64,000 nt of DNA. Origin: Verrucomicrobiales bacterium. Its GTDB lineage: Bacteria > Verrucomicrobiota > Verrucomicrobiia > Verrucomicrobiales > V1-33. The notes under the pieces are model-generated. The model was not told where the DNA came from and did not search any database. It saw only the letters and a list, made by a program, of their open reading frames with translations. The translations under genes and the position numbers were made by a program. The stretch spans positions 1 through 64,000 of the forward strand of contig JANOAV010000038.1 in the NCBI GenBank assembly GCA_031411295.1. Direction: 5' to 3'. This document shows positions 10,461-19,653 of the stretch, one piece after another (the stretch's first letter is position 1; each line of letters starts with the position of its first letter).

Positions 10461-10685
10461 ATGGAAACCATTACCTTTCGCTTGAAATTACCTACCGATC
10501 TGGGGCATCTTCGGCTCCCACTGGGAGTGAAAGCCAGACTACAAAGCCTGCTTGATCGTCAAGACCAAGGGATCAAGCTAACATCAGCTGAACGTGCAGA
10601 GGCGGAGGGATTGGTGGACCTGGCGGAAAGCCTGACCCTCTTGAAACTTCGCTCGTCCCGAGTCAAAGCTAAAGTGTCTCGATGA
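10461..10685 (+). CDS. Small helical hypothetical protein paired with an HNH gene (antitoxin-like)
   Basis: 74-aa ORF with GGAG just upstream; its stop overlaps the HNH start (ATGA). Confidence 0.7.
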   Translation: METITFRLKLPTDLGHLRLPLGVKARLQSLLDRQDQGIKLTSAERAEAEGLVDLAESLTLLKLRSSRVKAKVSR

Positions 10686-11018
10686 GAATTCCATCCGTGC
10701 TAAAGCGCGAAGTAATAAAACGCGCCAAGTCACGCTGCGAATATTGTGGACTCGCTCAGGTGGGACAAGAAGCGGCATTTCATATCGATCATGTAGTGCC
10801 TGTAACACTTCAAGGCCCAACCACCTTGGATAACTTAGCCCTGGCTTGTGTTTCTTGTTCCCTTCGCAAAGGGGCACGCACGATGGCTTCAGACCCAAAA
10901 ACCGGACGACAAGCCGCACTGTTCAACCCCAGAAAGCAAATCTGGTCGTCTTAACAGAACTCTGATCCTAGCAATCAGGGCCGAAGAGATTCTCCGCCAC
11001 CGCCATCCACCTGCGTGA
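10682..11018 (+). pseudogene. HNH endonuclease, truncated or internally deleted
   Basis: RCEYC..HIDHVVP..GPTTLDNLALACVSCSLRK..LFNPR, then a stop at 10954. An apparent C-terminal tail LNRTLILAIRAEEILRHRHPPA* continues in another frame (10950-11018). Confidence 0.7.
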
Positions 11019-11208
11019 TCATTGCTGCATGCTGCGGCGGATTGAAAATCCGCGCTCCCTCCAGACAATCTCTACGCGCTCTGCGGTTAATTGCTAACTC
11101 ACCCTCAGTATAACGCTGGCCGCCAAAATAGGCTTCTGCGTGCAAACGTAGCGCAATGCCAGGCCTCATTTTCCAGTTTTCCCACTCCCTCATTTCCCCC
11201 CCCCTAAA

Positions 11209-12978
11209 ATGCCCTCCATTCTTGGTCTTAACGCCTACCATGGCGATGCCTCTGCCGCGCTCGTAATAGACGGTCAGCTGGTTGCTGCCGTGGAAGAAGA
11301 ACGCTTCAACCGCATCAAACACTGGGCAGGATTTCCTGCGGAGTCGATTCGGTATTGCCTGGAGTTTGCCGGCCTGAAGGCGGAGGACTTGGACCACGTG
11401 GCCATTTCCTTCGACCCCCGCGCCAACTTCTTCAAGCGACTTGGTTTCGTGGTGAAGAACCGACCCTCATTGTCGGCCATCATGGATCGCTTGAAACGAC
11501 AGGGGAAGACCCTGGGGCTGGAAGATCAGTTTGCCGCTGCGGTAGCATTGCCCAAGGAGCAGGTGAAGGCAAAGTTCCATCGCATCGAGCACCACCAAAC
11601 GCATGTGGCGGCAGGGTTCCTGATTTCTCCGTTTGAGGAATCAGCCGTGTTATCCATTGATGGCATGGGCGACTTCACGAGCACGCTCACAGCGATGGGC
11701 CGGGGCACGCAATGGCAGGACTTGGATCGAGTGTTCTATCCGCATTCCGTGGGCTTCCTTTACAACGTGATCACGATGTATCTGGGGTTCCCTTACTACG
11801 GGGACGAATACAAAGTGATGGGCCTGGCGCCTTACGGGGAGAATGAATTCGTGGATTTCTTCCGTAAAATGATCCGTCCCAAGGGCGATCTTTTTGAGTT
11901 GAATCTGGACTACTTCACCCACCACAAGAAGGGTGTGAAGATGGCTTGGAACGATGGCGCGCCCATCGTGGAACCGTTCTTCAGTGACTTGCTGGAAAAA
12001 GAACTGGGGCCGCGTCGGGGCAAGGATGATCCGCTGACAAAGCGTCATGAAAACATGGCCAAATCCCTCCAGACGGTCACCGAGGAGATTATCGTCCATC
12101 TGCTGAATCGGCTGCACGCCAAGACCAAGACGAGGAACCTCTGTATGACGGGTGGCGTAGCGATGAACTCCGTGGCCAATGGGAAGATCACCCGGCAGAC
12201 TCCATTTGAAAATGTCTATGTCCCGGCGGGTGCAGCCGATAATGGGACATCATTTGGTTCAGCCTTCTACGTGCACAATCGCGTGTTAGGTAATCCACGA
12301 ACCTTCGTGCAGAACCATGCTTACTGGGGATGTGAATTCGATGATGCCGCCTGCGAGGCCGCTTCCATGGCGGCGGGATTACCATTTACCAAATATGACG
12401 AGCCGGCGTTAGTGAAACGGACCGTGGATCTGATTGAGGATGGTCGCGTTATTGGTTGGTTCCAAGGACGCATGGAATTTGGTGCCCGGGCGTTGGGAAA
12501 TCGCTCCTTGATTGCCGATCCAAGACGCACGGACATGCGGGACATCATCAACCTGCGGATCAAGTATCGGGAGAAATTCCGGCCCTTTGCTCCGAGCATT
12601 TTAGAAGAAGAAGTGGCCAACTGGTTCGAGATTAACGAGGCCGCGCCCTATATGGAAAAGGTCCTGCCGATCCGTCCAGAAAAGCACGCCATCATTCCGG
12701 CCGTGACCCACGTGGACGGCAGTGGCCGACTCCAATCCGTGTCCAAGGCCACCAACCCGCGTTACCATGCGTTGATCTCCGAGTTCTTCGCGCGGACAGG
12801 CGTGCCCATCATTTTGAACACCTCACTAAACGAAAACGAACCCGTGGTGCGCACCCCCGCCGAAGCCATCGCGTGCTTCCTGCGCACGGACATGGATGTG
12901 CTCGTGCTGGGCAGCATCCTGCTGGACCGCCACGCCCCCGACTGGCCGGAGCAGTTCCAGGAGCGGATTGCGAAGTGA
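11209..12978 (+). CDS. Carbamoyltransferase (NodU/CmcH family)
   Basis: HGDASAAL, EEERFNRIKH, IEHHQTH, GGVAMN, EFGARALGNRS, REKFRPFAP, LNTSLN. Confidence 0.95.
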   Translation: MPSILGLNAYHGDASAALVIDGQLVAAVEEERFNRIKHWAGFPAESIRYCLEFAGLKAEDLDHVAISFDPRANFFKRLGFVVKNRPSLSAIMDRLKRQGKTLGLEDQFAAAVALPKEQVKAKFHRIEHHQTHVAAGFLISPFEESAVLSIDGMGDFTSTLTAMGRGTQWQDLDRVFYPHSVGFLYNVITMYLGFPYYGDEYKVMGLAPYGENEFVDFFRKMIRPKGDLFELNLDYFTHHKKGVKMAWNDGAPIVEPFFSDLLEKELGPRRGKDDPLTKRHENMAKSLQTVTEEIIVHLLNRLHAKTKTRNLCMTGGVAMNSVANGKITRQTPFENVYVPAGAADNGTSFGSAFYVHNRVLGNPRTFVQNHAYWGCEFDDAACEAASMAAGLPFTKYDEPALVKRTVDLIEDGRVIGWFQGRMEFGARALGNRSLIADPRRTDMRDIINLRIKYREKFRPFAPSILEEEVANWFEINEAAPYMEKVLPIRPEKHAIIPAVTHVDGSGRLQSVSKATNPRYHALISEFFARTGVPIILNTSLNENEPVVRTPAEAIACFLRTDMDVLVLGSILLDRHAPDWPEQFQERIAK

Positions 12979-12990
12979 ACAACATCCGAA

Positions 12991-13092
12991 AGGTGGTCCG
13001 CACAGTCCTCTGTGCGGCATCATCGGAGGTGCGCTGCATGTGAACCGCACAGAGGATTCGCTGCGCGGCGCTTCGCTAGGTGCGGACCACCT
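12991..13092. repeat. REP-doublet (REPIN-like) inverted repeat
   Basis: AGGTGGTCCGCACAGTCCTCTGTGCGG and an inverted copy CCGCACAGAGGA..(insert)..GTGCGGACCACCT; the first unit is itself palindromic. Confidence 0.7.
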
Positions 13093-13151
13093 CGCGAAAT
13101 CTGCATTTTCCCTGAACTTGCAGGCGGCGGAAATTGTGCTACTACTGAATC

Positions 13152-13724
13152 ATGTCTGAGTTACTCGAACTTCCTGGAATCAAAAACCGAGCGCGGCCGC
13201 TTTCGGTTAAGGCGTGGCATGGCATGATCGCCAGTGGCTTGGCTCCGAAGCGGGCAGAACTTTTAGAAGGGGTGATCGTGGAAAAAATGTCTAAATCTAT
13301 TCTTCACACGCGCTTGCTCAGTCGGACCATGGAAGCGCTGCGCAAATCATTGCCGAGGGATCTTTGGCTGCGCCAGGAAGCCCCCATAACCACCCTTGAC
13401 TCCGAACCCGAGCCTGACATTTCCATAGTGCAGGGCCGTGAGGAGAACTACACCGCGCACCCAACCACCGCCTTGCTGGTGGTGGAAATTTCCGTCAGCA
13501 CTGTGACGGAGGATCGGGCCATGGCTTCTATTTATGCCGAGGCTGGAGTGGCTGAATACTGGCTGTTCAACGCGCCTGCACGCGTGGTGGAAATTTTCCG
13601 CAAGCCCGAAGCTGGGCGCTATTTGGAAACGGAAATCGTAACGGCGGACCAAATGCTGCGTTGCTCGTCCTTGCCGGGAGTTGAGTTAAGTTTGCCCGCA
13701 CTGTGGGCTGGTTTGCCTGAGTAG
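13152..13724 (+). CDS. Uma2 / DUF820 family endonuclease-fold protein
   Basis: RAELLEGVIV, SEPEPDISIV, LLVVEIS, YAEAGVAEYWL motifs. Confidence 0.92.
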   Translation: MSELLELPGIKNRARPLSVKAWHGMIASGLAPKRAELLEGVIVEKMSKSILHTRLLSRTMEALRKSLPRDLWLRQEAPITTLDSEPEPDISIVQGREENYTAHPTTALLVVEISVSTVTEDRAMASIYAEAGVAEYWLFNAPARVVEIFRKPEAGRYLETEIVTADQMLRCSSLPGVELSLPALWAGLPE

Positions 13725-13732
13725 GCTCCTGG

Positions 13733-13860
13733 TAAAGGACCAAAGGGGCTTAAAGGGGCTTAAAGAACTTAAGAGATCCAAGGGACTCTGGGCGTCCCTT
13801 TCTAAAAGCCTCTGCATTCTATCAAAACACTTACGTCGTTTAAGTCCCTTCTGTCCTTTC
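13733..13860. repeat. Degenerate 9-10 bp tandem repeats with inverted counterparts
   Basis: AAAGGACC/AAAGGGGCTT/AAAGGGGCTT/AAAGAACTT/AAGAGATCC/AAGGGACT, followed by GTCCCTTT, AAGTCCCTT and TGTCCTTT. Confidence 0.55.
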
Positions 13861-13864
13861 CCCC

Positions 13865-15076
13865 ATGCGAATCCTAATTCTCTCCCAAGTTTACTGGCCA
13901 GATACGGCTTCGACAGCCCAGCATTTGGCTGATCTGGGGCGGGAGTTGATGGCGCAAGGGCATGAGGTCACAGTTTTGGCGAGCCGCCATGCTTACGAAC
14001 ACCCTGACACCACATTTCCAGCGGAGGAATCGCATGATGGCGTGCGAATTCAGCGGTTACGGCACACGGGATTCGGGAAGGGTGCCATTTGGAAACGGCT
14101 CATGGATTTTGGGACGTTTAATTTGGCACTGCTGTGGCGGTTGGTCTGGCGATCCTCTGCTACAACGGACGTCGTGCTGGGGATGACCTCGCCCCCCTTG
14201 GTGTCGTTTTTGGGATCGTTAGTGAGTCGATGGAAAGGCTGGAAATTTTGCTATTGGGCGATGGATCTGCAGCCGGAACTGGCGATCGAAGCTGGGATGG
14301 TGCGGAAGGATTCGCTGCCAGCGAAGGTGCTGGAATTCATGGGCAACAGCGTCTTCCGTCATGCGCAGCGGATTGTGGCGTTGGATCGTTATATGGGGAA
14401 GCATGTGGTGGAGCGGGGGGCAGCGCAGGAGGCCGTGAGCGTGCTGCCAGTGTGGCCAGTAATGAGCGAGGTCTGGCGGGGAACGCGCCTCGACAATCCG
14501 TTTCGGCAGGCGCAGGGATTCGGGGATAAATTCGTCATCATGTATTCCGGCAACCACGCGGTGGTGCATCCGCTGGATACCTTGCTGCAGGCGGCGTTGC
14601 GGTTGCGCGAGGATGATCGTTTCCTGTTCGTTTTCATTGGCGGCGGCGTGCGAACCAAGGACGTCCGGGAGTTCGCAGCGCAGCACCAATTGACTAACAT
14701 CGTGCAATTGCCCTATCAGCCGCGGGAAATGATTCATTTTTCACTGGGGTCAGCGGACCTGCACGTGGTGATCATGGGGGATGGACAGGTGGGGCACACG
14801 CATCCGAACAAAGTTTATGGGGCCATGTTCATCGGGCGACCGTTCGTTTACATTGGCCCCAGCCCGAGCCACGTGACAGATTTGATGGACGCCTGCGCGG
14901 GAAATCTACGCGTTTGCCATGGCGAAGCGGATGCTCTGGTCGCGGAGTTGAGGAGATTCTGCGCTGCGGGCGAATCGCACTGGAAGCAAGTGGGCGATGG
15001 AAATGAAATTTACGCCCAAGCCAACTTAAATCCGTCCGTCCTTATTCCTGAAATGGCGCGACTGGTGGTGAATTGA
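13865..15076 (+). CDS. Glycosyltransferase family 4 (WbuB/WcaI-like)
   Basis: MRILILSQVYWPD, TSPP, WAMDLQPE, MYSGNH, HPNKVYG. Confidence 0.9.
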   Translation: MRILILSQVYWPDTASTAQHLADLGRELMAQGHEVTVLASRHAYEHPDTTFPAEESHDGVRIQRLRHTGFGKGAIWKRLMDFGTFNLALLWRLVWRSSATTDVVLGMTSPPLVSFLGSLVSRWKGWKFCYWAMDLQPELAIEAGMVRKDSLPAKVLEFMGNSVFRHAQRIVALDRYMGKHVVERGAAQEAVSVLPVWPVMSEVWRGTRLDNPFRQAQGFGDKFVIMYSGNHAVVHPLDTLLQAALRLREDDRFLFVFIGGGVRTKDVREFAAQHQLTNIVQLPYQPREMIHFSLGSADLHVVIMGDGQVGHTHPNKVYGAMFIGRPFVYIGPSPSHVTDLMDACAGNLRVCHGEADALVAELRRFCAAGESHWKQVGDGNEIYAQANLNPSVLIPEMARLVVN

Positions 15077-15156
15077 CGCCTGATTACGACCGAATCTGCT
15101 CAGACAACGAACATTTAGGACTAGCCAAGCGGCTACTCCCCAGCAATATTCCGGGC

Positions 15157-17277
15157 ATGTCTGACCACAACATGCCCACCACTGACCAACCAGAGAGCCG
15201 TCGCTCCTCTCGGTTGGTCTTTTTTGTTCTTTGGCTACTCATCCTGAGCGCCCTGCTCTTTCCTGCGGCCCCGGTGCTGGGATTGCATGGCGGATTGCTG
15301 GGTGGACTTGGCGTCTTGATGATTTTGCTCCCCCCCCAGGCGCGACTGCCGAAATGGATGTTCGTGGTGGCCGGACTGTTTGTGGCGCTTTCGGCGGCGG
15401 CGTTTTTGCCGAAGGCTTGGTTTGCGATTAGTGCTTGGCGGCAGGGGTTGGATGCGGCGGGTTTGGATACTGGAAACAAGGTTACCGCGCATGCGGCGCA
15501 GTCTTGGTGGCAGTGGGTGCAACTCTGCGGTGTGGTGATTGGGGCAATCTACATTTTAGGGCACCGGGTGACAGATCGCGTTCACTTGTGGTTCCATTGC
15601 TTGTTTTCATCCGCAGTGGCGGTGATGGCGGTCCTCGCCATCGCAGCGCAGTCGCAGGGCTGGGAATGGCCCTGGGATAGCGATCCCAGTTTTGGGTTCT
15701 TTCCCAATCGGAATCACACTGCCACCGTCCTGGCGATGGGTGGGCTCACGGCCTTGGGAGGTTTGTTCCACTCCGTTCGTTCCAAACAACATCTCCTGGC
15801 GGGGCTGGCATCGCTTAATTTATGTTTGTGCAGCGGGGCCGCAGTGGCGTTCAGTCCCAGTCGGGCCGGCATCCTCTTGCTGGTGCTTGGGGGCCTCGTG
15901 TGGCTGGCAGGATTGGGGAAGCGCTATTTTTCCAAGAAACTCATCGGGGCCAGCGTGGGGATCGCGGGGTTGGGGGTGGTGCTCTTCTTTATGCTGGGAG
16001 GTGAGGTCAGGGACCGGCTCGCGAAGACCGCTGAGCGAGTTCAAGTTAGTATGAACCAAGATCCGACCGCATCAGCACAGGCCAATCAGAATGATTCGAC
16101 GGCGGATTTCCGCCTGCTGATTTTCAAGGACGCGTGGAGCATGATCCGACAGGAGCCGCCGACGGGGGTGGGGATGGGCATGTTCGGCTACGTTTTCCCG
16201 CAATATCGCAACGCCTCTGCCTCGGGCGCGCTCTGCGTGCATCCGGAGAGCGACTGGCTGATGCTGGCTGGCGAGCAAGGGTGGCTGACGGCCTTGCTCT
16301 TGGCGGGTGGGGTGGTCGCGCTGCTGAGTTGGGCCGTGAGAATGGCATGGAATCGGCATGGGTGGTCGCTGCGTTGGAATGGTATCGTGGCGGCGGGGTT
16401 GCTGCCACTGCATGGCCTGTTCGATGTTCCAGGACATCGCTGGGGCATCGTGCTGGGAGCCGTGTTTTTACTTAGCCTCACTTTACGAGAGGGGCATCGC
16501 GCTGAAGCACTCGGCTCCCTGGGGAAAATGATCTGGCGTGGGATCGGCGTGATCGTGCTCGGTTGCGGAGGCCTGTTTCTGCTGGCGCAGGGTAATGCGG
16601 CGGGCGGGAATGCGTTGACACAGCCCGAATATTTGCAGCATCAGGCTAAAGCGCTGTATGCACAAGACGTGGCTGAACGAGACATCACACCGCCGCCCGA
16701 CCCCGAGGGACTGAAATTGGAAAAGGCCATCGAATTGCTGGGCGAGGCCTCGAAGATGGCCCCGCTGGACCCGGATCTCCACTACCTGCGGGGGTATTTG
16801 GCATTAAATTTTACCGATGAGAAATTCGTTGCCATGAGGGATCAGGAATTCGATTGGCAACGCCGGCTCGCTCCCTTGTGGGTGCAGATTCCAATGCGTC
16901 AGGCCGAAGTGTATGCGCCCATCGACGCAAAAAAGACAATGGTGCTATGGGAGGACGGGCTGCGCAGGGCAGAGATCATGAAGGAACTCGGGCCCGGCAC
17001 GGATTGGGAACGAGTCCATGTGATCGAGCGCGCCATTTATCAATCCTACAAAGCCGACGATACGCTGAAAGCTGCAGCTCTGGAGTTGGCCAAGACGGAT
17101 GCTAGGGAGTTCGTCGTGTGGTCTCACAACGGAAATCTGGAACAGCTCAATCAATTGATTCCGGAGACCCTTGGGAAGCTGAAATTTAGTCCTGAGCAAC
17201 GGGAAACATTACTCAAAATCTGGACGGATAAGGGCGGGGCCGAGGCCGTGACGAAATACCGTGCGGAGCATCCGTAA
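15157..17277 (+). CDS. O-antigen ligase family (Wzy_C) membrane protein with a large helical C-terminal domain
   Basis: FPNRNHTA, SRAG, RLLIFKDAWSMI..TGVGMGMF, HPESDWL; many TMs. Start uncertain (15073 TTG or 15157 ATG). Confidence 0.85.
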   Translation: MSDHNMPTTDQPESRRSSRLVFFVLWLLILSALLFPAAPVLGLHGGLLGGLGVLMILLPPQARLPKWMFVVAGLFVALSAAAFLPKAWFAISAWRQGLDAAGLDTGNKVTAHAAQSWWQWVQLCGVVIGAIYILGHRVTDRVHLWFHCLFSSAVAVMAVLAIAAQSQGWEWPWDSDPSFGFFPNRNHTATVLAMGGLTALGGLFHSVRSKQHLLAGLASLNLCLCSGAAVAFSPSRAGILLLVLGGLVWLAGLGKRYFSKKLIGASVGIAGLGVVLFFMLGGEVRDRLAKTAERVQVSMNQDPTASAQANQNDSTADFRLLIFKDAWSMIRQEPPTGVGMGMFGYVFPQYRNASASGALCVHPESDWLMLAGEQGWLTALLLAGGVVALLSWAVRMAWNRHGWSLRWNGIVAAGLLPLHGLFDVPGHRWGIVLGAVFLLSLTLREGHRAEALGSLGKMIWRGIGVIVLGCGGLFLLAQGNAAGGNALTQPEYLQHQAKALYAQDVAERDITPPPDPEGLKLEKAIELLGEASKMAPLDPDLHYLRGYLALNFTDEKFVAMRDQEFDWQRRLAPLWVQIPMRQAEVYAPIDAKKTMVLWEDGLRRAEIMKELGPGTDWERVHVIERAIYQSYKADDTLKAAALELAKTDAREFVVWSHNGNLEQLNQLIPETLGKLKFSPEQRETLLKIWTDKGGAEAVTKYRAEHP

Positions 17278-17418
17278 CTCCTCCGCCCAATGGGTGGAGT
17301 GCGAGTTGGGCGTGGCGTAATGCGGGGTCTCCTGACGTCGCCCTCCACGTTGGAGTCCCTGAGTTTTGGTGAAAATTTGGTTGCCGCAGCCTCACTCTGC
17401 CCGCATGGAATAAATCCC

Positions 17419-18129
17419 ATGCTGCCCGTTGACGACCCACCCTCGCTTGATCTTTCCCTCGTAATTCCTCTTTATAATGAAGAGGAGAATGTAGTGCGTC
17501 TGGTGGAAGAAGTCTGTGGGGTGCTGGCCGGACGGAATTTCGAACTGGTGCTGGTGGATGATGGCTCCAGTGATGCCACCATCGCTAACATCCCGCAACG
17601 TCCCGAGGTTAGAGTCGTGGCCTTCGCCAAGAATGCGGGGCAGAGTGCGGCCATGTATGCCGGCGTTTATTTGGCCAAGGGGCGGGTCATCGCGTTGATG
17701 GATGGGGATCTGCAGAATGATCCGGCTGATTTACCGAAGCTGCTGGATGAAATTGATAAAGGCTACGATCTCGTTTGCGGCTACCGCGCCAAACGGAAAG
17801 ACACGACATTCAAACGCATCCAGAGCCGCATCGCGAACTTCGTGCGGAGTCGTTTCACAGGCGATGGGGTCAGGGATACGGGTTGCAGCTTGAAAGCAAT
17901 GAGACGCGAGTGTCGCGAAGCGTTGGTGCCATTCAAAGGCATGCACCGGTTCATCCCCGCGCTTATCAAAGGCATGGGTTATAAGATCACTGAGTTGCCC
18001 GTGAACCATCGGCCCCGCACTGCCGGAGTCAGCAAATATGGCTTTGGGAATCGCGCCTTGCAGGCCACGCGAGACATGTTCGGCGTGAAATGGCTCCTGA
18101 GCAGACAGTTCAAGATACGGCTAAAATAA
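17419..18129 (+). CDS. Glycosyltransferase family 2, polyprenol-phosphate glycosyltransferase-like (DPM1/ArnC-like, no TM tail)
   Basis: VIPLYNEEEN, VDDGSSD, NAGQSAA, MDGDLQNDP, DTGCSLK, HRFIP, HRPRTAGVSKY. Confidence 0.9.
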   Translation: MLPVDDPPSLDLSLVIPLYNEEENVVRLVEEVCGVLAGRNFELVLVDDGSSDATIANIPQRPEVRVVAFAKNAGQSAAMYAGVYLAKGRVIALMDGDLQNDPADLPKLLDEIDKGYDLVCGYRAKRKDTTFKRIQSRIANFVRSRFTGDGVRDTGCSLKAMRRECREALVPFKGMHRFIPALIKGMGYKITELPVNHRPRTAGVSKYGFGNRALQATRDMFGVKWLLSRQFKIRLK

Positions 18130-18223
18130 CCGTGATACATGATGCCGGGCAGGCTGACCGGGTTTGGTAACACCGGGCCTCGGCTGACTTGGGCGAGACC
18201 CGCTCTACCGCGCAAAACGTATC

Positions 18224-18313
18224 CTAGCGATCCTTCGGAACGACGGGAAGTTTTGGCTTTTCTTTCTTGGGCTTTTTCGTTTCCTTTTTGTGCGCGTTGT
18301 TTCCTTTGGCCAT
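18224..18313 (-). CDS. Small Lys-rich basic protein (29 aa) MAKGNNAHKKETKKPKKEKPKLPVVPKDR
   Basis: Clean ATG..TAG sORF with strongly biased composition in the gap between GT2 and pfkA; below the ORF-track cutoff. Confidence 0.6.
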   Translation of the reverse strand: MAKGNNAHKKETKKPKKEKPKLPVVPKDR

Positions 18314-18450
18314 GGTAGTGTGGGATGTTAGTTCCAGCGCAGCCCTGCTCTGAGGGAAACTTTGCTGGTATGGGGGGAGTTTGTCTTATCCGAATGAGAT
18401 GAGCAACTGATATCTCTTCGACTCCGCAGCCGAACCTGAGCAAAACAAAT

Positions 18451-18479
18451 GCCCAGAACCTGACGGGCAGGCTCTGGGC
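18451..18479 (-). terminator. Probable intrinsic terminator of pfkA
   Basis: Stem GCCCAGAGCCTG / CAGGTTCTGGGC followed by ATTTGTTTTG on the minus strand, about 30 nt after the pfkA stop. Confidence 0.65.
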
Positions 18480-18510
18480 TTAAAATCAGCAGGGGCTGAA
18501 ATAGTTCCCA

Positions 18511-19596
18511 CTAGTTATGGCTGTCCCCGAAGGAAATGCCGACGGCGCGCGCAGCCATGACGACTTCACTGTCGTTCTGCACTAACTTGGTTTGCTTGAC
18601 CGCCTCTGCGATGGGCACGGAATCGACATGATAGGATTGGTAACTCACCATGTGCCCGAACTTGCCTTCCTTGATAAGGTTTACAGCCATCACCCCGAAG
18701 CGCACCCCGAGGATCCGATCCAAGGCCGTGGGGGCGCCACCGCGTTGCAGGTGACCCAGCACGCAGGCCCGGGTTTGCTTGCCAGTAAGGCGTTGCACTT
18801 CATAAGCCACGGTATCGCCCGCTCCCCCCAGTTTGTTTTCCCGGGTTTCACTCACTTCTTTGTAAAATGGTTTGTTGGTGCCCGGTTGCTTCACGCCCTC
18901 TGCCACCACAATCAGAGTGCTGTGGAGTCCTTGGCTGCTGCGGGCTTTGATGGTTTCCGCCACACTTTCATAAGTGAAGGGAATTTCCGGCAATAAAATA
19001 ATATCAGCTCCGCCAGCGATGCCGCCGTGCAGGGCGATCCACCCGGCATCACGCCCCATCACTTCGAGGACCATGACACGCTTATGACTATCGGCGGTCG
19101 TGTGGAGTCGGTCTAGTGAATCGACCACGCTGTGCACGGCCGAGTCGAATCCAAAGGTCATGGCGGTGGCCTGCAAATCATTATCAATCGTCTTGGGCAC
19201 GCCTACAATAGGAATGCCGTTGTCCAATAACTGGAGGCCGGTGGTCAGGGAGCCATCGCCACCGATGACGATCAGCGCGCGAATTTCCAAAAGTTTCAGC
19301 GTGGCCTTCGCTTTGTCGATGTTTTCCTGGGGGATCTGATTGACGACGCCACCGGAAGTCTTCCCGGCAAAATTTCCTTCATTGACCGTGCCCAGAATGG
19401 TGCCACCAAGTTTTAGAATTCCGGCGGTGCTGCGAGGGTTGAGCACGGTGTAGTCGCCCGGAGGCAGCAGTCCCTCGAAACCGTCACGGAAGCCGATGAC
19501 TTCCCAGCCTAGTTTATCGGCTGCCCCGACGACTCCGTGGAGCACGGCGTTTAATCCGGGGCAGTCGCCACCGCTGTTGAGGACTCCGATGCGCAT
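18511..19596 (-). CDS. pfkA: 6-phosphofructokinase (group III type)
   Basis: MRIGVLNSGGDCPGLN, GGTILGT, IGGDGS, PKTIDND, EVMGR, LGHLQRGG. Confidence 0.95.
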   Translation of the reverse strand: MRIGVLNSGGDCPGLNAVLHGVVGAADKLGWEVIGFRDGFEGLLPPGDYTVLNPRSTAGILKLGGTILGTVNEGNFAGKTSGGVVNQIPQENIDKAKATLKLLEIRALIVIGGDGSLTTGLQLLDNGIPIVGVPKTIDNDLQATAMTFGFDSAVHSVVDSLDRLHTTADSHKRVMVLEVMGRDAGWIALHGGIAGGADIILLPEIPFTYESVAETIKARSSQGLHSTLIVVAEGVKQPGTNKPFYKEVSETRENKLGGAGDTVAYEVQRLTGKQTRACVLGHLQRGGAPTALDRILGVRFGVMAVNLIKEGKFGHMVSYQSYHVDSVPIAEAVKQTKLVQNDSEVVMAARAVGISFGDSHN

Positions 19597-19653
19597 GCTG
19601 TCTTTAGTTGTAATCACGTCTAGGTTGGGGGGGTAGTCTGCCAGCATGGGCTG

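Noticed and set aside
17979..18443. 154-aa minus-strand ORF in the GT2-pfkA gap
   Set aside because: It overlaps the GT2 3' end and has no motifs; the nested 29-aa frame explains the compositional bias better.
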